Source: Longimicrobiales bacterium (GTDB taxonomy: Bacteria; Gemmatimonadota; Gemmatimonadetes; Longimicrobiales; Gaopeijiaceae). Taken from it: DNA of 64,000 nt. The DNA is taken from positions 2,176,001-2,240,000 of the forward strand of contig OZ250165.1 of assembly GCA_965238005.1 (NCBI GenBank). The letters are read 5' to 3'. The notes under the pieces were generated by a model. That model searched no databases. It saw nothing but the letters and a program-made list of their open reading frames with translations, and had not been told where the DNA came from. The translations under genes and the position numbers were made by a program. Positions 18,621-28,643 of this stretch are shown piece by piece (position 1 is the stretch's first letter; each line of letters begins with the position of its first letter).

Positions 18621-21317
18621 TCAAGCCCCAGCGTCCCGTCCTAGGTCTTTCACGATCTTCCATCCGCCCTGGAGCGCCTCGTTCAGTCTCTCCGGGTCTT
18701 CCACGCCGGCCTGGGCCATGTGCGGCCGTCCCCCACCCCGGCCCCCGACGAAGGCGGCGACCTTCCGGACGATGGCGTCGGCTCGAACGCCCCTGCTGAT
18801 GAGGTCGTCAGTCGCAAAAGCAAACAGGGTGTGCTTGCCCCCCGGGAGGTCCGCGGCCACGACGGCCACTCCGCTTCCGGCATTGGTCAGGAACGTGTCC
18901 CCCCACCTTCGGACGTCATCGGCATCCCGGGCCTTGAGTCGCACCGCCTTGTACGTGGCGGTGGACTCGTCAACCAAAAAGGTCTCCTTCACCACCACGG
19001 TCTCACCCGCGCCCCCGGCGCTCCTCAGCTCGTCGAGGAGCGTCCCGAGCTCCCGCTTTTCGTCGACGAGCTGCCGGGCTCGCGTGGCGACGTTGGTAGC
19101 GGAGCCTCCCAAGATCACCGCCACTTCGTCGAGTCGCTCGAGCTGCTCCTCGAGATGAGCGAAGGCGCCTGGACCCGTGACGGCTTCGATGCGCCTCACG
19201 CCCGCACCGATCCCGCTTTCGCTCGTGATCTTGAAGAGCCCGATCTCTCCGGTGTGACGGACGTGGGTTCCACCACACAGCTCCATGCTGACGCCTGGAA
19301 TCTCCACGACCCGGACGACGTCGGCGTACTTCTCCCCGAAGAGCGCCATGGCTCCGTCAGCCACCGCTTCCTCGTAGGGACGATCATCTGTGGTCACGGC
19401 ATGATCGGTCCAGATTCCCTCGTTCACGATCTTCTCGACCAGGCCTCGCTCCTCATCCGTCAGGGGAGCCGTATGCGCGAAGTCGAAGCGGAGTCGGTCG
19501 GGTGCCACCAGCGATCCTCGCTGGACCACGTGCGTGCCCAGGACTCCGCGCAGGGCGGCGTGGAGAAGATGGGTAGCAGTATGGTTGCGCTCCGTATCAC
19601 GCCGGGACGACACGTCGACCCGGGCACGGACCCGTAAAGCCCCCTCCACATCGTCGGGAAGAGCGCCGTCGGACAGCTCGCCGACGACCACCACCCGGCC
19701 CCCAACCCGGACGGCGTCTCGGATCTGGAGGGACCATCCCTCTCCCTCCACCGTTCCCGTGTCGGATACCTGTCCCCCACCCTCGGAATAGAACGGGTTG
19801 TCGGCCAGTTGAAGGGCCACGCCATCCTCCGATATCCTGATAGCCAGGACCTCGGTCTCCACGCCCAGCTCCTCGTATCCCACTATGCGCTGCTCCCCGT
19901 CGCTCGAAAGGCTTCGCCAGCCCTCCGAAAGTCCGGCTTGGGCACCGCTGACCACGTAACTCCCTGGGCTTGCATCAAGTACATACTGGGCCCGGTCCGC
20001 CCGACTTCTCTTCCGCTGCTCCTCGAGGGCCGCTTCGAAAGCCTCGACGTCCACGGAGTAGCCACGCTCCTCCGCCATGAGCTGGGTGAGGTCCAGGGGG
20101 AAGCCGAATGTGTCGTAGAGCTTGAAGGCGTCGGAGCCTGAGACGACGGAATCCGCTCCCGCCCCGGCTCCACCCCGGGGAGCCACCTGGTCGAAGCGGT
20201 CCATGCCACCCTCGATGGTAGCCAGGAATCGCTCCTCTTCGGCCAGTGTGGTGCTCAGGAGATGGTCGCGCCGCCCCTCGAGCTCCGGATACACGTCACG
20301 CATGCTGTCGATCACCGCTTCCACCACGGAGACCAGGGTCGGATCCCGATGGCCGAGGAGCCAGGCGTGACGTGCCGCGCGGCGGAGAATCCGGCGAAGC
20401 ACGTACCCTCGCCCCTCGTTGGACGGGAATACGCCGTCGGCGAGCAAGAACGCCACCGCCCGCGCGTGATCGGCCAGCACACGGTAGGACACCCCCTCGT
20501 CCCCTTCGGGCTCGTATCGCCGTCCCATGGCGTCGGCCACGGCTTCCAGGATGGGCGCGAAGGCGTCGATGTGGTAGTTGGAGTCGACGTCCTGGAGTAC
20601 CGTGGCGAGCCTCTCCAATCCGGCGCCGGTATCGATTGAGGGAGCCGGCAGCGGGTTCAGCGTCCCGTCCTCGTCCCGGTCGTACTCCATGAAGACGAGG
20701 TTCCACAGCTCGATGAGCACCCCCTGCTCCTCCAGCTCCTCGAACTCCTCCTGGGTCAGCTCCCCGCGAAGCTCCTCCGGTCTCAGGTCGTAGTGGAGCT
20801 CGGAGCACGGACCGCAGGGGCCGGTGTCGGCCATCTGCCAGAAGTTGTCCTTGTCCCCGAGCCGGAAGATCCGTCCCGCGGGCACGCCAGCGACCTCCTG
20901 CCAGAGCTCGTACGCTGCGTCATCCGAGTGATGGATCGAGATGAACAGCCGGTCCGCGTCCAGTCCTAGGTCTTCGGTCAGGAACTCCCACGCGTATGCG
21001 ATGGCGTCTCGCTTGAAGTAGTCCCCGAACGAGAAGTTTCCCAGCATCTCGAAGAAGGTGTGGTGGCGGGTTGTCTTCCCCACTTCCTCCAGATCGTTGT
21101 GCTTCCCTCCGGCCCTCACGCACTTCTGCGACGTAACCGCCCGCTTGAACGGAAGCTCGCCGATGCCCAGGAGCATACTCTTGAACTGAACCATTCCGGC
21201 ATTGGTGAACAGCAACGTCGGGTCGTCGGCCGGCACGAGGGGCGAGCTCGGTCGAACCTCGTGTCCCCGAGCACGGAAGAATTCGAGGAACCTCGAGCGG
21301 ATTTCGGCTGTGGTCAT
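18621..21317 (-). CDS. alaS: Alanine--tRNA ligase
   Basis: LLFTNAGM, HHTFFEMLGNFSFGDYFK, HTATHLLH, ELCGGTH, GGGRPHMAQAG. Confidence 0.98.
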   Translation of the reverse strand: MTTAEIRSRFLEFFRARGHEVRPSSPLVPADDPTLLFTNAGMVQFKSMLLGIGELPFKRAVTSQKCVRAGGKHNDLEEVGKTTRHHTFFEMLGNFSFGDYFKRDAIAYAWEFLTEDLGLDADRLFISIHHSDDAAYELWQEVAGVPAGRIFRLGDKDNFWQMADTGPCGPCSELHYDLRPEELRGELTQEEFEELEEQGVLIELWNLVFMEYDRDEDGTLNPLPAPSIDTGAGLERLATVLQDVDSNYHIDAFAPILEAVADAMGRRYEPEGDEGVSYRVLADHARAVAFLLADGVFPSNEGRGYVLRRILRRAARHAWLLGHRDPTLVSVVEAVIDSMRDVYPELEGRRDHLLSTTLAEEERFLATIEGGMDRFDQVAPRGGAGAGADSVVSGSDAFKLYDTFGFPLDLTQLMAEERGYSVDVEAFEAALEEQRKRSRADRAQYVLDASPGSYVVSGAQAGLSEGWRSLSSDGEQRIVGYEELGVETEVLAIRISEDGVALQLADNPFYSEGGGQVSDTGTVEGEGWSLQIRDAVRVGGRVVVVGELSDGALPDDVEGALRVRARVDVSSRRDTERNHTATHLLHAALRGVLGTHVVQRGSLVAPDRLRFDFAHTAPLTDEERGLVEKIVNEGIWTDHAVTTDDRPYEEAVADGAMALFGEKYADVVRVVEIPGVSMELCGGTHVRHTGEIGLFKITSESGIGAGVRRIEAVTGPGAFAHLEEQLERLDEVAVILGGSATNVATRARQLVDEKRELGTLLDELRSAGGAGETVVVKETFLVDESTATYKAVRLKARDADDVRRWGDTFLTNAGSGVAVVAADLPGGKHTLFAFATDDLISRGVRADAIVRKVAAFVGGRGGGRPHMAQAGVEDPERLNEALQGGWKIVKDLGRDAGA

Positions 21318-21426
21318 GGTGACGATGTGTTGGCGTCCATGGGCGCCAATTATAACGACTTGACGGGCCTGGCCCAACAAGGTCCGGAGCCCGGAAACGG
21401 GTCTTCGAGGAGCCCGCAGATCAACG

Positions 21427-21453
21427 AAAAAGCCCGGTCGCTCGACCGGGCTT
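21427..21453 (-). terminator. Intrinsic terminator after recA
   Basis: AAGCCCGGTCG-AG-CGACCGGGCTTTTT on the minus strand. Confidence 0.85.
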
Positions 21454-21484
21454 CAGGAGACTTTCGGGGAGTGCTCTCCAGGTG

Positions 21485-22573
21485 TCAGTCTTCGCCGTTC
21501 GCCGTCGCCTCCTTGAGTGGCTCGGCTCCCTCGGCATCACCTGCCACTCCCAACGCTTCGCGAACACGGGCGTCCACCTCCCCAAGCACGTCGGGATTCT
21601 CCGTGAGGAACTCCCTAGTGTTCTCCTTCCCCTGACCCAGTCGCAGGTCCCCGTACGAATACCAGGACCCCGACTTCTCGATGATTCCCTCTTCGACGCC
21701 AATGTCGATGAGAAGACTCTCGTGGCTGATGCCGACGTCGTAGAGGATGTCGAATTCGGCTTGCCTGAAGGGGGGGGCGCACTTGTTCTTCACCACCTTC
21801 ACGCGCGTCCGGTTGCCCACGATGTCCGTGCCGTCCTTGATGGCGCCGATGCGCCGGATGTCCATGCGAAGGGACGAGTAGAACTTGAGGGCACGGCCTC
21901 CCGACGTCGTCTCCGGGTTCCCGAACATCACACCGATCTTCTCCCGAATCTGGTTCGTGAAGACCACGGCGGTCTGGGATCGAGCGACCGCACCGGTCAG
22001 CTTGCGCAACGCCTGGCTCATGAGTCGGGCCTGGAGCCCCACGTGGGAGTCGCCCATCTCCCCTTCGATCTCGGCCCTCGGGACAAGGGCCGCCACGGAG
22101 TCCACCACGACCACGTCGACGGCACTGCTGCGAATCAGGACCTCGGTGATCTCGAGCGCCTGCTCACCGGTGTCGGGCTGGGATACGAGCAGGTTGTCCA
22201 CGTCCACTCCGAGCTTCTTGGAGTACGTCACGTCCAGAGCGTGCTCGGCGTCCACGAAGGCGGCGATCCCACCGGCCACCTGCGCGTTGGCGATGATGTG
22301 CAGACAGAGGGTCGTCTTTCCGCTCGATTCGGGGCCGTAGATCTCGGTGATCCGTCCTCTCGGGATACCGCCAATCCCGATGGCGGCATCCAGATTGATG
22401 GCCCCGGTGCTGATGACGTCGATCTCGACCTTTATCCCGTCGTCCCCCATCCACATGATGGAGCCCTTCCCGTAGGAACGCTCGATCTGGGTGATGGCCG
22501 TGGAGAGGGCCTTCTTCTTCTTGTCGCTCAACTTCTGGTCGCTCAACTCATGCGTGACTTCTGCGGTCGACAT
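21485..22573 (-). CDS. recA: Recombinase RecA
   Basis: [35 protein letters not shown]. Confidence 0.99.
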   Translation of the reverse strand: MSTAEVTHELSDQKLSDKKKKALSTAITQIERSYGKGSIMWMGDDGIKVEIDVISTGAINLDAAIGIGGIPRGRITEIYGPESSGKTTLCLHIIANAQVAGGIAAFVDAEHALDVTYSKKLGVDVDNLLVSQPDTGEQALEITEVLIRSSAVDVVVVDSVAALVPRAEIEGEMGDSHVGLQARLMSQALRKLTGAVARSQTAVVFTNQIREKIGVMFGNPETTSGGRALKFYSSLRMDIRRIGAIKDGTDIVGNRTRVKVVKNKCAPPFRQAEFDILYDVGISHESLLIDIGVEEGIIEKSGSWYSYGDLRLGQGKENTREFLTENPDVLGEVDARVREALGVAGDAEGAEPLKEATANGED

Positions 22574-22608
22574 TCCATCCTCGCGGAAAAGCGGTGGGGT
22601 CGGAGGCT

Positions 22609-22637
22609 ATTCTACAACACCCGAAGATAAAGCGAAA
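22609..22637 (-). promoter_or_regulatory. recA promoter with a candidate SOS box
   Basis: TAGAAT at 22609-22614; TTTC-N7-CTTC direct repeat at 22623-22637 overlapping the -35 region. Confidence 0.45.
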
Positions 22638-22827
22638 GTCCTTTGACGTCCTGGAGGCGACCCGTACAAAATAAAGCGAGCCTGCGGGCTCGGGAATGTC
22701 GCTCCGCGACGTTCGCGCGTCGGCCCGTGAGGTGTCAGGTTGGGAACCGTACTACGGGCCGGCGGGTTGATGCACCGAACCGGCCGGTTCTGGAGCGAAG
22801 CCGTTCGGACGGCCTCACGGGTGACGC

Positions 22828-24240
22828 ATGACCGTACAGGAATACGATCTCATCGCAGTGGGTGGCGGAACCGCCGGCCTCGTCTCCGCTGCAGGAGCCG
22901 CCTATCTGGGTGTTCGCCCCGCCCTCGTCGAGCGGGCCGCCCTGGGGGGAGACTGCCTGTGGACCGGATGCGTGCCGTCCAAAGCCCTCCTGGCGTCGGC
23001 ACGGCTGGCCCACGCAATGCGCAACGCCGAGTCCCTGGGGCCCACAGGGGTCGCCCCAACGCAGGTGTTCTGCAGCGTCATGGAGCGCATGCGCCAGGCG
23101 AGGGCGAGGGTCGCTCACCACGACGACCCCGAGCGTTTTCGCAAGATGGGAGTCCACGTGCACTTCGGCACCGCCCGGTTCATCGGAGCCGACACCCTGG
23201 ACGTAGAGGGCGTCGGCACCCTCAAGTCGAAGCGCATCATCGTGGCGACAGGTGCGCGACCGGCTATCCCCCCGATCCCGGGTCTCGAGGAGGCAGGCTA
23301 CCAGACGCACGAGACGATCTTCGATCTCGACCGCCATCCCCCGAGAGTGGGAATCCTCGGAGGCGGCGCCATCGGGCTCGAGTTCTCGCAGGTGTTCAGC
23401 CGTCTGGGTTCCGAGGTCGTCGTACTCGAGATGCTCGATCGCATACTTCCGAGCGAGGACCCCGACGTAGCCGAGGCCCTACTCGGGATCCTGAGACGTG
23501 AAGGCATAGACATAGAGCTCGGCTCGCGCGTTGTCGCCGTTCAGGTCGAGGACGCCAGAAAGGTGATCCTCACGGAGGACGGGCGCCGCTTCCCCGTCGA
23601 CGAGATCCTCGTGGCCACCGGAAGACAGCCCATCACCCAAGGACTCGATCTGGAACGTGGCGGGATCGAGCGGGACGGCACGGCGGTTCTTGTCGACTCC
23701 ACGCTGCGAACCACGAACCGCGGAGTCTGGGCCGCCGGTGACGTCACCGGAGGACTCCAGTTTACCCATGTGGCCGACTACATGGCGAAGAAGGCTCTCC
23801 GGAACGCGCTCCTCCCCCTGAGCGCCCATGTCGACTACAGTCGGGTCCCGTGGGTCACCTACACGGATCCGGAGGTCGCTCACGTGGGCCTCAGCGGCGA
23901 CGAGGCTTCCGCCCGGGGAGCCAAGACGTTCACGTACGAGTTCGACGACCTGGACCGGGCGATCACGGATGCCCAGACACTCGGCTTCGTGAAGATCTCG
24001 GCGGACTCTAAAGGCCGCATCCTGGGAGCGACCATTCTGGGTCACGGTGCGGGCGAGCTTCTCCAGCCCATCGTTCTGGCAATGACCCACGGACTGCCAC
24101 TCTCGAAGATCGCGGACACGATCTTTCCGTATCCCACGATGGCGGAGGGGGTCAAGGGAGCCGCCAACGCATATCAGCGGACCCGTCTCGAGGGTCCTGC
24201 CGGACGTGTCTTGAAGAAGGTGGTCTCATGGCTGAACTGA
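22828..24240 (+). CDS. Pyridine nucleotide-disulfide oxidoreductase (MerA/Lpd-like, no MerA C-terminal CC)
   Basis: GGGTAG, GGDCLWTGCVPSK, GGGAIG, AAGD, PYPT. Confidence 0.9.
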   Translation: MTVQEYDLIAVGGGTAGLVSAAGAAYLGVRPALVERAALGGDCLWTGCVPSKALLASARLAHAMRNAESLGPTGVAPTQVFCSVMERMRQARARVAHHDDPERFRKMGVHVHFGTARFIGADTLDVEGVGTLKSKRIIVATGARPAIPPIPGLEEAGYQTHETIFDLDRHPPRVGILGGGAIGLEFSQVFSRLGSEVVVLEMLDRILPSEDPDVAEALLGILRREGIDIELGSRVVAVQVEDARKVILTEDGRRFPVDEILVATGRQPITQGLDLERGGIERDGTAVLVDSTLRTTNRGVWAAGDVTGGLQFTHVADYMAKKALRNALLPLSAHVDYSRVPWVTYTDPEVAHVGLSGDEASARGAKTFTYEFDDLDRAITDAQTLGFVKISADSKGRILGATILGHGAGELLQPIVLAMTHGLPLSKIADTIFPYPTMAEGVKGAANAYQRTRLEGPAGRVLKKVVSWLN

Positions 24241-25730
24241 GCGGCCACGCCAACAGGGGAGGGCGCGCATACGTGAAGCTTGCGCTCTTCGCTCTCGTCA
24301 TCCTCAGCGGATTCCTGCTGGCCCGCTTCACCCCTCTTGGCGCCCTCCTCACCCAGGAAGGGATCGGCCTAACCATCGGAGAGCTGAGGGGCTCGGTGTG
24401 GGCACCCGTTCTCTTCATCTCGTTATACGCCGGGGCCACCGCCATGGCGATCCCCGGCACCATTCTGACGTTGGCGGGAGGAGCCCTTTTCGGGTTCTTC
24501 TGGGGGACGGTGTTCAACACCATCGCCGCGAACATCGGGGCCAGCATGGCCTTCTTCGTGGCGCGCTTCCTGGGTCGTGAGGGTGTGGAGAGACTCGGCG
24601 GGCGACGGCTCGAGAAGCTGGACGAGGCCACCAGAGAGCATGGGTTCCAGGGCCTCTTTCTGCTGCGCCTGGTTCCCCTGGTGCCCTTCAACGCCCTGAA
24701 CTTCGGGTCCGGACTCACCGCCCTTCGCTGGCGCACGTACGCCCTGGCCACCGTCATCGGAATCTTCCCCGGTACGGTCGTGTATACGATGTTCGCGGAC
24801 GCCCTGCTCCAGGGCTCACAGGAGGCCTCGCGCGAGGCCCTGATCCGAGTTCTGATATCGGGTGCTCTGTTGGTGTTCCTCAGCTTCCTGCCGAAGATCA
24901 TGAAACGACTCAACGTTAAGATCCCTGGCCTCTCGCCAGTCCTCCTCGCTCTGATCCTGATCCCGGACGGTCTGTCGGGCCAGAGGAGCGGCGCTCTACC
25001 GGACCACTCCGTATTCACCATGGTCCTCGAGCACACGGTACAGAAGTCACTGGTCGACTACGCAGCGCTCAAGGCCAACCGTCACGGCCTGGACGCCTAT
25101 CTCCAGTCGATGGCCGAAACGGACCCGGAAGTCCTGGCCGCGGCCTCCCATTCGTCCCGCCTGGCTTTCTGGATCAACGCCTACAACGCCTGCATGCTGC
25201 GGCAGGTCGTCGATCATTATCCGATACAGAAGAACACAGGCCTTCTGGACCGCGCCACGAACGCGATCCTGAGCCGGCCCGAGAACTCGGTGTGGCAGAT
25301 CCCCGACGTGTTCAAGCGCGAGCACTGCACGATCGCTGGCGAGCTTCGCTCCCAGGACCAGATCGAGCACGAGATCATCCGGCCCATGGGCGACCCCAGG
25401 ATTCACTTCGCCGTGAACTGTGCAGCCATGAGCTGCCCGCCGCTCCAGACCTGGGCGCATACGGCTGATGAGCTCGACGAGCAGCTCGACCGGATCGTAC
25501 GCACCTTCATGGCCAATCCGGTCCACTTCGAGCTCGAGACCGGAGAGCGTTCCGTGCTCCGGCTGAACAAGGTTCTCGACTGGTACGGCGACGACTTCGG
25601 GGGGATCGAAGGTCTCCGTGAGTTCTTCGCGTCCTACCTCGGAGGGGACGAAGGCGGCACCAGGCTCGGCCACGACACCAGGATCGAGTTCTTCGAGTAC
25701 GATTGGACTCTGAACGACGTTCGTCGCTGA
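24228..25730 (+). CDS. TVP38/TMEM64 (VTT/DedA) membrane domain fused to DUF547
   Basis: LAGGALFG, LRLVPLVPFN; then AFWINAYNA, DPRIHFAVNCAAMSCPPL, YDWTLN. Confidence 0.85.
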   Translation: MAELSGHANRGGRAYVKLALFALVILSGFLLARFTPLGALLTQEGIGLTIGELRGSVWAPVLFISLYAGATAMAIPGTILTLAGGALFGFFWGTVFNTIAANIGASMAFFVARFLGREGVERLGGRRLEKLDEATREHGFQGLFLLRLVPLVPFNALNFGSGLTALRWRTYALATVIGIFPGTVVYTMFADALLQGSQEASREALIRVLISGALLVFLSFLPKIMKRLNVKIPGLSPVLLALILIPDGLSGQRSGALPDHSVFTMVLEHTVQKSLVDYAALKANRHGLDAYLQSMAETDPEVLAAASHSSRLAFWINAYNACMLRQVVDHYPIQKNTGLLDRATNAILSRPENSVWQIPDVFKREHCTIAGELRSQDQIEHEIIRPMGDPRIHFAVNCAAMSCPPLQTWAHTADELDEQLDRIVRTFMANPVHFELETGERSVLRLNKVLDWYGDDFGGIEGLREFFASYLGGDEGGTRLGHDTRIEFFEYDWTLNDVRR

Positions 25731-25740
25731 CGGGGCACCG

Positions 25741-27036
25741 GTGAGGAGCGGAGGACCCCCCTCTCCAGACCGCCTGGGAGTGGTGGTCCCCACGCTCAAC
25801 GAGGCCGAGCACCTCCCTTCCCTCCTGGCCGACCTGTCGGAGATGACCATCCCGCCTACAGTGGTCGTGGCCGACGGTGGATCGACGGACGCAACCCGTG
25901 AGCTGGCACGGGCCGGCGGCGCCACGGTCATCGTGGCCAGAAGAGGAAGGGCGCATCAGATGAACGCGGGAGCCCGCCTCCTCCGAACCCCCTGGATCCT
26001 GTTCCTCCACGCCGACTCGCGGCTTCCCCCCGAGGCCCGGGATTGTCTGGCCCAGCGATTGGCCAACACTTCCGACACGAGGCCCGGGTACTTTCGCTTC
26101 TCTCTCGACGGGAGGGGCTGGTTCTGGCGATTCATCGAGCTCGGGCAGTCCCTGAGGGAGCGCATCACTCGCCTGGCCTACGGTGATCAGGGCCTGCTGG
26201 TGCGCCGGATCGACCTGGAGGCCGTCGGGGGCTTTCCGCCGATCCCCATCATGGAGGACGTGGCGATCCTGCGTGCGCTCCGCGCCAGGGGAGCCCTACA
26301 ACTCCTTCCGGCCCCTCTTCCCACCAGCCCCCGCCGCTTCGAGGAGGAGGGTCGATGGCGTGCCTGGCTCCGCAACGTCAGGGCGTTGGGCATGACCCTC
26401 GCAGGAGCGGCCCCCGAGAAGCTCGCCCCTCTCCATCCCAGGCGGAGGGCCGCGGCGCCCGCCGGCCGGCTGGCCCTCGTCTTCGTGAAGGCCCCGAGAC
26501 CTGGAAAGGTCAAGACGCGGCTGGCGGTGGGGATCGGCGCGCAGGCCGCCGTCGACCTGTACGCCACCATGGCCTCAGACGCCGTGGAGCGTCTCCGGTC
26601 CCCGGCGTACGATCTGCTGGTGTGCTACGACCCGCCCACCGCGGCCGCAGAGGTCCAGGCTTGGCTGGGGGACGACACCACGCTCATGCCCCAGGCAGAG
26701 GGAGATCTGGGGCATCGCATGTGGTGTGCGCTGCGAGACGGCCTGGAGGTGGCGAGCCAGGCGTGCGTCGTGGGAACCGACGTGCCCGACCTGGATGCCG
26801 GCCTGGTGGAAGAATCGTTCGACGCGCTGTCGCGGGCCGACGTAGTGATCGGGCCCGCCGCCGACGGAGGGTACTACCTCATGGCTCTCCAGCGTCCCAT
26901 CCCGGAGTTGTTCGAGGACATCCCCTGGAGCACTCCCGAGGTGCTTGACCGCACCCTGGAGGCGGCCCGCAGCCTGGGACTCAGGGTGTGTACGCTGAAG
27001 ACGCTGAGGGACGTGGACACGGCTGCCGACCTTTAG
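25741..27036 (+). CDS. Fused TIGR04283-type GT2 and TIGR04282/DUF2064-type transferase
   Basis: PTLNE, DGGSTD, FLHADS, YGDQG, MED; then PGKVKTRL, QAEGDLG, GPAADGGYYL, DVDT. Confidence 0.85.
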   Translation: MRSGGPPSPDRLGVVVPTLNEAEHLPSLLADLSEMTIPPTVVVADGGSTDATRELARAGGATVIVARRGRAHQMNAGARLLRTPWILFLHADSRLPPEARDCLAQRLANTSDTRPGYFRFSLDGRGWFWRFIELGQSLRERITRLAYGDQGLLVRRIDLEAVGGFPPIPIMEDVAILRALRARGALQLLPAPLPTSPRRFEEEGRWRAWLRNVRALGMTLAGAAPEKLAPLHPRRRAAAPAGRLALVFVKAPRPGKVKTRLAVGIGAQAAVDLYATMASDAVERLRSPAYDLLVCYDPPTAAAEVQAWLGDDTTLMPQAEGDLGHRMWCALRDGLEVASQACVVGTDVPDLDAGLVEESFDALSRADVVIGPAADGGYYLMALQRPIPELFEDIPWSTPEVLDRTLEAARSLGLRVCTLKTLRDVDTAADL

Positions 27037-27038
27037 CC

Positions 27039-28417
27039 TCAACCCTCGAAGGCCTGCCACACCCCAGGCCGCACGGGCACATAGACGATCTCCCAAGGCT
27101 CGCGCACATTCCGCATCACGAAGAGGGGTACGCCCATGTGCTCCGATACCTGTCGGATGGCGTCGCAGCCGAGCCGCACCGGGCCCGGCGAAGGGTCGAA
27201 GTCACGCCCGTCGAAGGGGATCGACTCCTCCGCCTCGAACCAGGACCGGCCCTCGGCATAGGTGCCGGCGAAGTCCACGGCGGGCCTCAGCTCCTCCAGG
27301 GGAACCCTCGACGGGCCAACCAGGGTGGCGCCGCCCTTGGTGATGAGCACGTCCACCGACTCGCCGGTCGCCAGACAGATCCTAGTGGGCGTGCCCGTGG
27401 GAAGCGGCGGCCTCACCACCACCGTATCCGGTGGCGGTGCAGGCAGGACGACGACCTCTCCAACGGGACGGTCACGGAGCGTGGCCTTGCAGAGGCGGGC
27501 ACCGCAGAGGGCCACCGACACCTTCAGGCCGAACTTCGAGCTCCGGTAGACCGACGCGTCCGTGGAGTAGTTCACGCCCAGGACGTGCGCTCCCACGACG
27601 ACGCCGTCCAGATCCAGCTGGCCTCCCAGATTCCAGTCGAACCCGTTGTACTCGCTCATGAGGGTGACGATCTTGCTGTGGCCCACTTGGAGGTGCCAGG
27701 CGGCACCGGCGAACCAGCCCTCGCTGTCCGAGAACTCGTACCAGTCCAGGCCGTCTCCCTCTTTGAAGAGTCCGTTGCCCCACCCGGCGCTCAACGTGAA
27801 GTCGTGCTTCGGGAGGAATCCCGAGGCGAATCCCGGAAGATCCGCACCAGCCACGGCGTAGAAGGAGAACTCGGTGCCGATGCTCGACGTTCCGATCCGG
27901 TCGCGAATCCGACGATCGGCCCTGCCAAGGCGAGTCGGAGCGTACTCGACCCCGTCGCCGAAGTCGGGGCTGTTCAGGTAGCGACCACCCACCGCCAGGC
28001 CCAGTCCGTGGACCTGGGGATTGAGGAGCGAAAGGCGTCCAAAGGCGCCCCAAAGGGCGCCACCTCCCTCCGTTCCCTCCAGAGATTGGACCGTGGCCCC
28101 CACCTCGAGAAGGTCGAACAGCCCCAGAGCGAGCGCCAGATCTCCGTTCCAGCCACCCTCGAAGGGCTCGGTGCCGTGATCCCACCCTCTCCATCGGTAG
28201 AGAAGTCGACGTCGTTGCTGGTCCAAAACCCTGAGTAGGTGCCTGTGAGCGCCATATGGGGGAGGACGCTGGCTACCGGGATGTCCAGCAATCCGGAGCC
28301 GTGCCGCAACGTGCCGGAGATTTTCGTGGACTGTCCTGACGCCGCGAAGGCGATGGTCAGGACAAATACGATCGTGTGAAGCACGACCGCGCGGGTCCTC
28401 TTGAGCGTAGTCTTCAT
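27039..28417 (-). pseudogene. YjbH-like exported/outer-membrane protein, frameshifted near 28175
   Basis: Signal peptide and GSGLLDIPVA in ORF 27974..28417; the beta-strand-rich remainder is in ORF 27039..28517; adding one base at ACGG|CACC joins the two. Confidence 0.6.
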
Positions 28418-28643
28418 GACGGCGGCCTCCCTTTTTCGTCCAGCCTCCCGGCTCGTTAGAGGGCGTCTGAACGAGCCCCACCCTACTCACCCTGCCAGAT
28501 GTGTGCCAGAACCCCATCTCCGGCGCACCGCACCCGACGAGTGGGAGTCCTCATCAGCCACCTGCGGCGCTTGCATTGGGGCGATGGCGGCCTAGGTTCG
28601 ACCCCCTGGATTACCACCTCATCATAGCGGCACGAGAACGATC

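Noticed and set aside
22521..22549. Short tandem repeat in the recA 5' end (also RPLRPL at about 37004-37023)
   Set aside because: Two-copy in-frame micro-duplications in variable termini; no array
21482..22630. Long antisense ORFs opposite recA (also opposite glmS, cca and glpK)
   Set aside because: Shadow ORFs typical of high-GC coding DNA; no motifs
22828..24240. Mercuric reductase merA
   Set aside because: No C-terminal Cys-Cys pair, no NmerA domain and no mer genes nearby
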